Shown piece after piece: positions 38,901 through 50,385 of a stretch of DNA of 64,000 nucleotides. This DNA is from Macrostomum lignano (taxonomy: Eukaryota), in assembly GCA_002269645.1 (NCBI GenBank), contig NIVC01000296.1, forward strand, positions 434,001 to 498,000, given 5' to 3'. A program made the translations under genes and the position numbers. The notes below the pieces were generated by a model. It ran no database searches. It had not been told where the DNA came from and worked only from the letters and a program-made list of their open reading frames with translations. How positions within the stretch are numbered: the first letter of the stretch is position 1; the number at the start of each line of letters is the position of its first letter.

Positions 38901-40431
38901 AGGTTCTGCAAACAACTGCGCTCGGACGGCCTCGGGCCAAGGTGCAGTCCGGTGCCGAATTGCCTCCCGTCGCTGGGTTGAGTCTTGTCGCAGAGTTCCT
39001 GGTGTTGCAGATGTTGAGGTTGTTATTACTCGCCCAGGTTTCCAGTTCGGCGCCCCTGTTGTCTCCGGGCTGGAAAGGGTCCCAGTAACCGTGACAATTG
39101 AAATCTCCGCCTATGACGGTGTTGCCCGTTATCGGTATACAAGAGAGATCCGGAGTCCAGGCTTCATGTTGGCGTTGGCTACTGTGAGGGGCAGCGTACA
39201 CACTGGCGATGTTGAGGTCGCCTTGACCTTTGAGGTGGAGAGTGCACGCAGCAATATCAAGTGCGGCTTTGGATTGGTCGGGCAGGGTGGTGAAGTTGAT
39301 ATCGTTTCTGACCATGATGAGGGCGCCTCCCCGACCGGCTCTCTTGGAGCGGCGTTGCGGTGGGGTCGACGGGTTGGCTGGTCTGACCGTTACTGGATCT
39401 TTAGGTGTAGACTTGGGCAATGTTGACGGTGTGCTGGATCGGCTCGCATCTTGTGGTGTCGAGCAGCAGCTTCCGATGTATTCGTCGTTCCAGTCTTTAC
39501 TGCGCTTGAGGCCGCTACATTTCAGGTGTAGCCAGTTCCAGCACTGGTTGCAGCGGAGGCTAGTCTGGCGTTTGGTAATGATATTGTTGCAGGCTGCGCA
39601 CAGCCATGTGGAGGCGGTGTCGAGACCGGGTTGCAAGTTTATGTTTTTCGGCTTTTCAGTGGTGTTTTTGCCGAGGGGTCCCGACGTCGCTCCGGTTGTA
39701 TCGTTTGGTTGCGTCGTGGCCGTGTGGCGGTCAGGTCCGGATTGCGCGTTGTTATTTTTTTGGGTTTTATTGTGGTTGTCCGCGCCGATTTGGGCCTTCG
39801 CGTCTGGCCATGGCTCATTGCGCCGGGTGCAAGCCGATCGGGATGATCTGCAGCCTTTACACCAGTCAGTTCTGTCATCAGGCCAGCGTAGACGGCACCG
39901 TGGCCTTCGCGGGAAAGTGCGGGCGGTGCACGTGGCGCCGGGCTGGAATGGCCGGGTGGCGGTGGCAGTTTCTGTTGCGCTCTCGGTGGCGTCTGAGCCT
40001 GGGAAAATGTCAATTTTGTTGCTGCCGTCGGCACGGGCTGCTACACTATAGCCGCTCGGGGCGGTGTAGCTCGTGTCCGGCGTTAGTTTTGTCTCTTGCA
40101 GAAGGACTGCCGCAGGGCGATGCGTATCCAGCCACCTGGTTAGTTCCGGAGTCCTGGCTCTAATGCCGTTACAGTTGAACTGTAGGATAAGGAGCTCTTC
40201 CAGTGCTTTAGCATGGCGCCTGTTGCGACGGTTGCCGTGTCTGCTTCCTTTAGACGGGGGGTCGCTGCCGCCCCGTAGGCGGAGGACGTGATCGAGGTTC
40301 CCGCTTTCCCGCTGATCGGGTGGGCCGTTGTCGTAATCGTTGCTCTTCGTACGTGCTGTCCGGGGAAGGAGGGACACTTCGCCACATGGGGGATCCATGT
40401 GCTCGGGGGCGCTACGAGAAAGCGGTCCCAT
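35887..40431 (-). CDS. Retrotransposon polyprotein (~1514 aa from the first element-internal ATG): leader ending in LRLRGG, APE endonuclease with PHD insertion, reverse transcriptase, RNase H
   Basis: Endonuclease: LQFNCNG, LLQETK, GGDFNCH, GSDHLPI. RT: CPGPDQV, YRPIALTS, QAGFRQGRST, LDFSKAYD, GLPQGSVIAP, YADD (37450-37461). RNase H: WTDGS, ILTDS, WVPGHCQIAGNEAAD. The extra 540 N-terminal aa in the supplied ORF lie in the minisatellite. Confidence 0.9.
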   Translation of the reverse strand: MGPLSRSAPEHMDPPCGEVSLLPRTARTKSNDYDNGPPDQRESGNLDHVLRLRGGSDPPSKGSRHGNRRNRRHAKALEELLILQFNCNGIRARTPELTRWLDTHRPAAVLLQETKLTPDTSYTAPSGYSVAARADGSNKIDIFPGSDATESATETATATRPFQPGATCTARTFPRRPRCRLRWPDDRTDWCKGCRSSRSACTRRNEPWPDAKAQIGADNHNKTQKNNNAQSGPDRHTATTQPNDTTGATSGPLGKNTTEKPKNINLQPGLDTASTWLCAACNNIITKRQTSLRCNQCWNWLHLKCSGLKRSKDWNDEYIGSCCSTPQDASRSSTPSTLPKSTPKDPVTVRPANPSTPPQRRSKRAGRGGALIMVRNDINFTTLPDQSKAALDIAACTLHLKGQGDLNIASVYAAPHSSQRQHEAWTPDLSCIPITGNTVIGGDFNCHGYWDPFQPGDNRGAELETWASNNNLNICNTRNSATRLNPATGGNSAPDCTLARGRPSAVVCRTWSTAKDLGSDHLPITFCVQARRPHRQQRQAQWSYKKANWHIFKETLQNHVQDAAESPEAEHKRICKAILQAAAAAIPKGARNGAQNISRPFWNDECDTALHRNQQARKNVETDASDTNMQELTQARTCLRNTIHNAKKEFWSETCKDMKLDTNLYRTLRNMRGEAKPQASSSTISYTNPTSGRTKVAITKKNKADLFMQIYAKESRLDKGDNDEAIVKEANRILRNCRATATNHGPESDFTIGEFRHIIRRLKSGKCPGPDQVSNEMLKQLPLAMELQILNLLNRVWKGDQVPTEWRRATIIPILKKDKSPSSPSSYRPIALTSSICKVGEKLVQQRLNAYLEREHKLAPEQAGFRQGRSTEEVLAHTCQSIFDGFEEQPAKRSAICLLDFSKAYDRVWRAALTVKLYELTVPARFILWVHKFLRDRRARVKWQQTISRERVLEEGLPQGSVIAPTLWTTYVNDLPTTIKRASPDCKINLYADDSSLLATSRKLTDCADILQPAIDAAAEWCKRWKVTLSTEKCIYSTFTLSPQENNGKVRLNLHINGAELKYDPHPRLLGLTLDDQLTFNKHGAEVKARMARRRGAITAIAHRNSGADQNILRLAYITTIRACADYGSGIWLTGAAPSTRRMIEQQQSICARMITGCCSTTRNETTLNIARLPPIGSIAIERAAMLRERILRLPPDCPAVDTAARSTRPRLKNRSYDPQDEPGSGIGARDRERPHRGCWRRAARELPVVATLDEMAREQIIIAAPWESDTSAEVIFDTTASMVNRKAPAEERARAADAVLRAAQELEITAWTDGSANEGCTHGGGAAVIHYNGTTTEHLAPAGTYCSSYQAEMTAIATALRASLELHAAANSIAILTDSLSALSALARGPAGQRNAAGHACWDTIARATYSKVYFGWVPGHCQIAGNEAADRAAATAATLPQSEAAITLDSARAAIRRDRRRRDAEPTNQPSPTDTTRNRREQVLVNQLRAGVSTICAATRQRLGLQEDKKVE

Positions 40432-40439
40432 TGCCCACC
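40371..40439 (-). ncRNA. HDV-like self-cleaving ribozyme (predicted) at the retrotransposon 5' end
   Basis: Minus strand: P1 GG(U)GGGC/GCCCCC; J1/2 AAU; P2 GGGACC/G(U)GUCCC; P3 GCU/AGC; L3 UUCUCGU; P1.1 UC:GA; P4 CACAUGG/CCAUGUG; J4/2 GCGAA (catalytic C at 40381). Confidence 0.7.
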
Positions 40440-42045
40440 CCTCCCCATGCTGCTGTGTCTGCTGCTGCTCTGTCCCCTCCCCATGCAGCTGTGTCTGCTC
40501 TGTCCCCTCCCCATGCTGCTGTGTCTGCTCTGTCCCCTCCCCATGCTGCTGTGTCTGCTGCTGCTCTGTCCCCTCCCCATGCTGCTGTGTCTGCTCTGTG
40601 CCCTCCCCATGCTGCTGTCTGCTCTGTGCCCTCCCCATGCTGCTGTGTCTGCTCTGTCCCCTCCCCATGCTGCTGTGTCTGCTCTGTCCCCTCCCCATGC
40701 AGCTGTGTCTGCTCTGTCCCCTCCCCATGCTGCTGTGTCTGCTCTGTGCCCTCCCCATGCTGCTGTCTGCTATGTGCCCTCCCCATGCTGCTGTGTCTGC
40801 TCTGTCCCCTCCCCATGCTGCTGTGTCTGCTCTGTCCCCTCCCCATGCAGCTGTGTCTGCTCTGTCCCCTCCCCATGCTGCTGTGTCTGCTCTGTGCCCT
40901 CCCCATGCTGTGTCTGCTCTGTCCCCTCCCCATGCTGCTGTGTCTGCTCTGTGCCCTCCCCATGCTGCTGTCTGCTCTGTGCCCTCCCCATGCTGCTGTG
41001 TCTGCTGTGTCCCCTCCCCATGCAGCTGTGTCTGCTCTGTCCCCTCCCCATGCAGCTGTGTCTGCTCTGTCCCCTCCCCATGCTGCTGTGTCTGCTCTGT
41101 CCCCTCCCCATGCAGCTGTGTCTCCTCTGTCCCCTCCCCATGCTGCTGTGTCTGCTCTGTGCCCTCCCCATGCTGTGTCTGCTCTGTCCCCTCCCCATGC
41201 TGCTGTGTCTGCTCTGTGCCCTCCCCATGCTGTGTCTGCTCTGTCCCCTCCCCATGCTGCTGTGTCTGCTCTGTGCCCTCCCCATGCTGTGTCTGCTCTG
41301 TCCCCTCCCCATGCTGTGTCTGCTCTGTCCCCTCCCCATGCTGCTGTGTCTGCTCTGTGCCCTCCCCATGCTGTGTCTGCTCTGTCCCCTCCTCATGCTG
41401 CTGTGTCTGCTCTGTGCCCTCCCCATGCTGTGTCTGCTCTGTCCCCTCCCCATGCTGTGTCTGCTCTGTCCCCTCCCCATGCTGCTGTGTCTGCTCTGTG
41501 CCCTCCCCATGCTGTGTCTGCTCTGTCCCCTCCTCATGCTGCTGTGTCTGCTCTGTGCCCTCCCCATGCTGCTGTCTGCTCTGTGCCCTCCCCATGCAGC
41601 TGTGTCTGCTCTGTCCCTTCTCCATGCTGCTGTGTCTGCTCTGTCCCCTCCCCATGCTGCTGTGTCTGCTCTGTCCCCTCCCCATGCAGCTGTGTCTGCT
41701 CTGTCCCCTCCCCATGCTGTGTCTGCTCTGTCCCCTCCCCATGCTGCTGTGTCTGCTCTGTGCCCTCCCCATGCTGTGTCTGCTCTGTCCCCTCCCCATG
41801 CTGTGTCTGCTCTGTCCCTTCTCCATGCTGCTGTGTCTGCTCTGTCCCCTCCCCATGCTGCTGTGTCTGCTCTGTCCCCTCCCCATGCAGCTGTGTCTGC
41901 TCTGTGCCCTCCCCATGCTGCTGTGTCTGCTCTGTCCCCTCCCCATGCAGCTGTGTCTGCTCTGTGCCCTCCCCATGCTGCTGTGTCTGCTCTGTGCCCT
42001 CCCCATGCTGCTGTGTCTGCTCTGTCCCTTCTCCATGCTGCTGTA
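40438..42045. repeat. 30-bp minisatellite, right arm (same unit as 35222-35678)
   Basis: Directly visible; no stop codons in most frames, which produces several artefactual long ORFs. Confidence 0.95.
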
Positions 42046-43002
42046 CTGCACCCCAGCAATTCTAAGTGTTTTGTTTCTTCACTTATTTAAACCTCATTAC
42101 GATTCATGTTAATCTTTTATGCTTAAAACTCGTAAATATTCTTTATGATTGTTTTAAACTGAATTTTGCCTGAAAAAGCTTTAAAAAATGAAACTAGTTT
42201 TCGTCTGAAGTTTAAGTACTTAGTACGTTATTTCTCATGTTAATCTTAGAATTAAAGATTTCTTGTAGCCCCTTTGTTTTCGCAATTGACTATTTTTTCA
42301 CCTGTTTTTGAGATGCTATACCTTCATGTAAAGCACCTTAAGCAGCCCGTATTTACTCAAACACCCACTCGCAGCTTTTAGAGGTCGCGGGATAGAGGTT
42401 GTTTATTATTTCCCGTTTTTGACATTCATTTGTTTGCCAAGTTTCAAGTTTTAATTAAAAAAACAAATCTATTCTTTATAGACTTTTTGAGCTCACAACT
42501 TCAATAAATGAATGGATATGCGGTATAAGGTTATATTAGGGCTATAAGACTGGATTACTTACTAAGTGGATCATAACTGGCTGGATACGATCTATGAAGC
42601 AGATGTACGCATACGGTACTCGGAGACTTATGTAATTATTATTCTAAAACCTGTGCACAGAGCCTGAAGCAATAGAGGCCAATCCCTCATCGTTTCCCAT
42701 CACAGCGCTTGTCAGACGGGAATCGAATCATAACTGCTCATTTGAGCTCTCCCTCTATCTCAAACCCTAGCTAAAATCAGGGGTCTCGACCTTGCGCAGA
42801 TCTCGACCCTATGCAAAAGACCTCATTCTCGGCACTGTCAGGACCATCCTTTAGATGCCCAGAATAGGGTTGGTGGCAGAACTACTTTAAGCAGTTCATA
42901 CCTTCTTGGCCCGTAGTTGGGATTAGAATAGCTATCGGACCACAACCCAAGCTACCAATTCTCCATCTAGGTCGGGTGCCCCTGGGAAGGTGAGGTCAAA
43001 AA

Positions 43003-43466
43003 TTCTAGAATGACTGGATGGGCCACTCAGGCTCAGGCATATATACTCGTACTTAGCAAAACAGCTTTCTACTTTCAGTTCAGTAGCAAAAAAGATGCAT
43101 AAGCTATTTTATAAAAAAAGGCAGCTGAAATGACCAAGCTTGGTCATTTAGCAAGCCTGCCAAGCTTGCAGGCGTAAACAACTTGCTAATTGGTTCAGCA
43201 GTAATGTACATTAGCCAGCCACTGAAATGTACATGGCAGCTTTAGGCTGGAATTCCGAGAAAGGCAATAAAATTGGGGCGGGGCGGGGCGGGGGTAGTGT
43301 GGAAAGGCGCGACTGGAGGCCGGTTTAGGCTGGGGGGTAAGAGCCGATAAATTAAGCCTTGTCTTTAAAAATACATTAAAATGCTTCTGTTCAATTTACT
43401 ACTGAACTAAAGTAGCTTACACGCAAATGTGCTGAGCGACCCATCTAGCTATTCTAGTATCTGTGG
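43003..43466 (+). mobile_element. MITE family A, copy 2
   Basis: ctagaatgactggatgggccactcag ... ctgagcgacccatctagctattctag; body matches copies 1 and 3. Confidence 0.85.
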
Positions 43467-44558
43467 CTGAGGTCTGATCGCCTTCTACCCTGGTATCAGT
43501 ACCTCGGGCCATAGTTCTGTAAGCTGTCGTTGCCCAGGTTACAGCAAAATCAAGTGTGATTTTCCTGAGCTGATACTGGCATGTAAAAAAGCACATCTAT
43601 TGCGTCTGCTTGCAAAATAATGCATTCTGCTCTACTTTTATTATTGAAAGCCTTTTAAAATCAGACTAGATGACTTCGTAAACCAAAATTGCACTAACAA
43701 AGGTGAATAGAAACTTTTTCATCCAGGATCCCAGGATTGGCAAAACTCGGTATTCTGTATTCCCTAGCGGCATCCTGTTTCTAAGGCAATTTTTGCTGTA
43801 CTATTTCCTTTCTTTTAGCCATATGTTGTCGGGGCAGCATGGTTTCATGTTTATGTCATTATTTTTTATTTTCGTTTTATCTCACAGTCTCCTGTTTTGC
43901 TATGTTAGAACGAGAGTTTTGATTCTGGACAAAAAGTTATTGTAGAAATATACTCATATTTTTTCTCAGACATCAGCTGACACGTAGATAGGTTGGCTTA
44001 CATTTTTAGTCAAGTTTTTAGCCAAAATCGCACGATTCTTTTTACGAGTAATGCCTTAGATTTCAATCTCCTTGAGTTTCTTACTAACAAAGAATTCAAC
44101 TTTCTAAATGTGCGAGATTTTTCAAATGCGACAATATTTGCTACAAAGAAGCTAGAGTGGGAAAAGCAAAAAAGGACATAATTCATCTTTGGCTTTTAAA
44201 CGTATAGTGCAATTGGCGTAAAAGGCTTCTGTTGATTTCTCCAGCTGCGGATATGTTTTTTTTAGAGAGAGATAGAGAGAGAGAGAGAGGAGAGAGATCA
44301 CGGCGTATTGAGTTCTAAATACCTGGAGTTCTAAAATTGCCAACTGGTTTCAAGCCTCTTAGCTCTTCGTCAGGCCAAAAAGTTGCGGCCAATATTTGAC
44401 TTTTAAATATCATTTACGTCCGTTTGATACTATCGGTGAGCAGATGTACTCGTAAGTGATATTAAAAAGCTATTTTTTCCGAAGGACAATAAATAAATGC
44501 AATTCCAATGTCAAACGAGACGAAAAGACTGTCGTTAAAATTTCTTGCAGCTTCTACG

Positions 44559-45172
<614 letters not shown>

Positions 45173-45897
45173 GATGGATACTTGTAGATAGATAGATGGA
45201 AGCCTGAGGGTCCTGAAGAAAGCCGTATTTAAGACAGCAAATTTGCGTGACACTTTTGAGAACAGGAAATATCACAGCCATGGGCTTCCTTGCAGAAGAA
45301 ATTTAGCTTCCATTATCTCAGATAAAAAACAACTGCTTTCTACCCCACAGCGCCCAAGGATTAAGAGGCGATATTTGAATTTAGACACACTTAGCAGACA
45401 CAAGCGAATATTAATTGAAAGCCTTTGCAAATCTATTGACTATTTATTTAGATAGGCGACAAGAAAAAGATGATTCATTACGGAGGAAAAACTGCAGGAT
45501 GAGAAATGCTATTAAGGACAAAATTCAAGCCAAGGAGAGCTAGTCATTAGCCACCTGGAATTGGCAACTCCGCCCAAATCAGCAGAATGAGTTGATTACT
45601 TTTAATCCAGATCCTATATCCAATTGATCTCCTGATCTTGATAATGATAGCAAATCACTAGGGGGTGGCAAAAGCGTCGGGCATTATGAGACCTGCGGGC
45701 ATCATCTTTGACAGGTAGGGGTGGCTGATGGACTCCTGGAGTCAACACTAGCTAATAATCAAACCTATGTGCAGATTTAGTTGTTAAAAATGAAGAAATG
45801 CCTGCGACTGAACGGACAGGGAACTGTTCCTGGGGTAAGAGTTTTGGGGAGCAGATAGGATCAATGCTTGAGCAGAGTCAATTCTCATGCATATTAG

Positions 45898-45966
<69 letters not shown>

Positions 45967-45970
45967 CATC

Positions 45971-46068
<98 letters not shown>

Positions 46069-46099
46069 CATCATCTATCTATCTATCTATCTATCCATC

Positions 46100-46145
<46 letters not shown>

Positions 46146-46150
46146 TTATC

Positions 46151-46197
<47 letters not shown>

Positions 46198-46280
46198 ATC
46201 TATCTATCATCTATCTATCTATCTATCATCTATCTATCATCTATTTATCTATCTATCTATCTATCATCTATCTATCTATC

Positions 46281-46327
<47 letters not shown>

Positions 46328-46331
46328 CATC

Positions 46332-46362
<31 letters not shown>

Positions 46363-46373
46363 ATCTATCTATC

Positions 46374-46436
<63 letters not shown>

Positions 46437-46467
46437 CATCATCTATCTATCTATCTATCTATCCATC

Positions 46468-46498
<31 letters not shown>

Positions 46499-46532
46499 CA
46501 TAATCTATCTATCTATCCATCATCTATCTATC

Positions 46533-46583
<51 letters not shown>

Positions 46584-46587
46584 CATC

Positions 46588-46622
<35 letters not shown>

Positions 46623-46637
46623 ATCTATCTATCTATC

Positions 46638-46692
<55 letters not shown>

Positions 46693-46845
46693 CATCATCT
46701 ATCTATCTATCTATCTATCCATCATCTATCTATCTATCTATCCATCTATCCATCTATCTATCTATCTATTTATCTATCATCTATCTATCTATCTATCTAT
46801 CATCTATCTATCTATCTATCTCTATCTATCATCTATCTATCTATC

Positions 46846-46880
<35 letters not shown>

Positions 46881-46926
46881 ATCTATCTATCTATCTATCT
46901 ATCTATCATCTATCTATCTATCTATC

Positions 46927-46961
<35 letters not shown>

Positions 46962-46976
46962 ATCTATCTATCTATC

Positions 46977-47007
<31 letters not shown>

Positions 47008-47095
47008 ATCTATCTATCTATCTATCTATCATCTATCTATCTATCTATCTATCTATCATCTATCTATCTATCTATCTATTTATCTATCTATCCAT
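45898..47095. repeat. (TATC)n microsatellite (inverted relative to 44560-45172)
   Basis: Directly visible. Confidence 0.97.
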
Positions 47096-48734
47096 AATCC
47101 CCAGGCGCAGCAGGAATATTCTTCTGGTTCAATATTTAAAGGGTTTCCGTTTGTAATTAACACAAATCCATTAAAACCCTTGCTATAGAATTTCCCTAAT
47201 CATCTTGATCCACTTTGTCCTTATTATTTGAATGCTAAAATCGTTCTCTCTTCAAAAATGGTTTTCATAGCCTTCTGTATGTCTAATTCAAAATTTTTTT
47301 AATCATGTTCTAGCGATCACAGATTGACAGGAAGGTAAGGTCGAAATAGAAAATTGAGCTTAATCACTTCAAAACGGTGCAGTCCGTTAAGCAACACGCC
47401 GTTTTGAATTTTGAATTAATTCTCTAACTGGTTAAAAGAGTAAATGCGTTTAGCTGTTCCGATGTTTCCTTGGAACTTTAAGATAATAATTTTTAGTATA
47501 TGGATTCCTGGTTGATCTATATTGGCTCCACTTTTTTGGCCGTCCCGGATGTGTCACCTCCTTGTTGAACGATTCTTTGTGTGCTTTGGCCGAGCCGTTC
47601 GCGCAGCCAAGGAGACCTATGGAACCAAAACCTGGAGTAAGCCAACCTTCCCTTATAAACCCTTTATTTAGACAACTTTAGGCTGAATTCAGTATTTCGG
47701 TTTACACAATTTGTTTCATAGCTTCAATTTGTTTAAACGGATCTTTTGTAAACTTGGTCTCATTTTGAAGCTTAAAAATTGGAAGCAAACAAAGAAAACA
47801 TAATTAAAAATTGTTTTTCTGAATTCTTCTGAAGAGAACTGTGTTCAGCCTAAAGTTGTCTGAAATTATAGGCTAGGGCATTTGGGGAAGAGCTTCTACT
47901 CCAGATCCTGGTTCTGGGTCTCCTTGGAGAAGCGATGACTGATGCGAGATGATTATTCGAGGGGTTCGAGGGGACACGGCTGGAATCTGCGGTCGGTAAC
48001 TGGTATTTTTGTGGGCCCGAAACGATTTGCAAAAGCGAAGAAAAGCTGGGGATCCCTGAAAAGCCGATACCACATTCGAAAATGGGTTTGCGGCCTGCGA
48101 CATGGAGCTCTAGGATTAGCCGTCTGGAGTAAATTCAAACGGGGGGGTTCACAAGACCTAAATTTCAAGACTTTCATCATAGCACCTAAACTTAATCGAA
48201 GTGATTAAGGAGGCTTCCCTGATGCAGGTCATAAACTAAAGAAACTCACGCTCCAGATGTTCTTTTTAGAGTACTCCTTGGCCTTTAACGTGTGAATCAA
48301 TGACTCACCCGATTTGGGAAAAGGCCAGAAAAATATTGAAGGAGTCAAGAAAAAGGGAAAGCTGCACAAAAAAGTCGTGCTAGGCAATAGGAATATAAGA
48401 TGCCACCAATGTTCTTCATGGTGGCTTGACGGAACTTCAGTATTCGCTGACAAAAAGTGTGAGAACTATTCTTGCTTTCTGTACAAGCCTATATTAAAGC
48501 ATCATGTCCTTCAACCTATGTGCCTGTGTGATCGCCTCTCGGTATTATTTATTATTGTATTCGTTTCGTCGTGTACGCGCACGTGACGCTCGCCCCGCCT
48601 CAAGCGTCAAGCCTTCTCGTTTCGTGCATAGCACGTTCGTTATGCACGAAAGCATATTCGTTATAGCACGTCTCGTTTCGTGCAGTGCATAGCCTCCCCC
48701 CGCAAATCTGTGTACTTGCACGTTGCTCTCACAT

Positions 48735-48961
<227 letters not shown>

Positions 48962-49084
48962 TTTATATCTACCCTCACGCATGGGCTAGTAAAGGCAGCA
49001 AGCGGGGGGAGATCCTAATTATGATTTATATGTAAATATAAAGGTTCCCTATATACCAGTACAAAAAAGTGCATAAATATTCAC

Positions 49085-49295
49085 ACGTAGGCTGCGGGCA
49101 CCCTGGCGCAACACCTTTGGCGACACCGTCCCACACCCATCGCTGAGGCAATGCTGCCCATTCCGCTGACTCCTGAGCACATGCAAGCGCGCCAATACTG
49201 TACTCAGGCAGGCACTCGTGCAAACGCTCACACAGGGTGCACAGCGGCCCTGACGTTCTAATAGTCAGGCATTTACACTGCCTTGGGGTTGGAAA
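49085..49295 (-). mobile_element. Partial copy related to the SINE at 11750-12093 (3' part)
   Basis: Reverse complement shares gggccgctgt.cac.cctgtgtgag, gcgcgcttg.atg..tgctcagg.gagtc.gcggaatgggcag and ttg.gccagggtgc with the 11750 SINE. Confidence 0.7.
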
Positions 49296-49449
49296 TTTTC
49301 GAGCACAAGCACCAAATGAATGTTTGCGCACGGCTGCCCCCTCAACTTGTCGATGGATCTTTCTGTAAAGTGACCCGCAATCTCTGTGTCCTCATCATTA
49401 TGTCTGTCATAAGCGTCACCGCTAGTCTGTATTAAACCTTAATCCGCAG

Positions 49450-49567
49450 GACGCCCCGCCGCGCAAAGGCTTCGTTCGCGGCATCTCCTTCATCACTGGC
49501 TACTGGCTGATCTCTACTGGGGTCAAGTCCTGCCACCTCACCTACGTGGCCCAGTGCGATCCCAGGG
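49450..49567 (+). CDS. STARD10: STARD10-like, exon 4
   Basis: ccgcag| then [39 protein letters not shown](G) (cf. human PPRKDLVRAVSIQTGY...TYLAQVDPKG). Donor g|gtgagt at 49568. Confidence 0.9.
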
Positions 49568-49664
49568 GTGAGTCTTTGGCAGTTGCAACTTCTTTGATTC
49601 CATTTAAACGCTTTAGTTTAGATTGATCGCTAGTTTTAAGGGCATTAAGTGCCCTGGAGTCCTA

Positions 49665-50385
49665 GACTGCCATTGTAGCTCGATGGACTGCCATTGTAGC
49701 TTCATGGACTGCCATTGTACTCCATGGACTGCCATTGTAGCTTCATGGACTGCCATTGTAGCTTCATGGACTGCCATTGTAGCTCCATGGACTGCCATTG
49801 TAGCTCCATGGACTGCCATTGTAGCTTCATGGACTGCCATTGTAGCTCCATGGACTGCCATTGTAGCTTCATGGACTGCCATTGTACTCAATGGACTGCC
49901 TTTGTAGCTCCATGGACTGCCATTGTAGCTTCATGGACTGCCATTGTAGCTCCATGGACTGCCATTGTACTCCATGGACTGCCATTGTACTCCATGGACT
50001 GCCATTGTAGCTTCATGGACTGCCATTGTACTCCATGGACTGCCATTGTAGCTTCATGGACTGCCATTGTAGCTTCATGGACTGCCATTGTAGCTCCATG
50101 GACTGCCATTGTAGCTCCATGGACTGCCATTGTAGCTTCATGGACTGCCATTGTAGCTCCATGGACTGCCATTGTAGCTCCATGGACTGCCATTGTAGCT
50201 CTATGGACTGCCATTGTAGCTCTATGGACTGCCATTGTAACTCCATGGACTGCCATTGTAGCTCCTTGGACTGCCATTGTAGCTCGATGGACTGCCATTG
50301 TAGCTCCATGGACTGCCATTGTAGCTCCTTGGACTGCCATTGTAGCTCGATGGACTGCCATTGTAGCTCCATGGACTGCTATTGT
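49665..50385. repeat. 21-bp intronic minisatellite (CATGGACTGCCATTGTAGCTC)n
   Basis: Period 21, in STARD10 intron 4. Confidence 0.95.

Larger units (their letters stand above)
35679..40437 (-). mobile_element. Apparently full-length Ingi/I-group-like non-LTR retrotransposon (~4.76 kb)
   Basis: Flanked by duplicated cccctccccatgct (35665-35678 and 40438-40451). (GAA)n 3' tail, 5' HDV-like fold, and a single ORF with APE endonuclease, RT, RNase H and a C-terminal zinc knuckle. Confidence 0.92.

Noticed and set aside
40438-42051. First 540 aa of the 2054-aa minus-strand ORF and the overlapping 580-600-aa plus-strand ORFs
   Set aside because: They lie entirely in the 30-bp minisatellite, which lacks stop codons, and outside the TSD-defined element boundary.
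48314-48586. PHD-like Cys pattern (CHQCSSWW...YSC)
   Set aside because: Lacks the His and several Cys ligands; possibly a decayed transposon remnant, not supportable.
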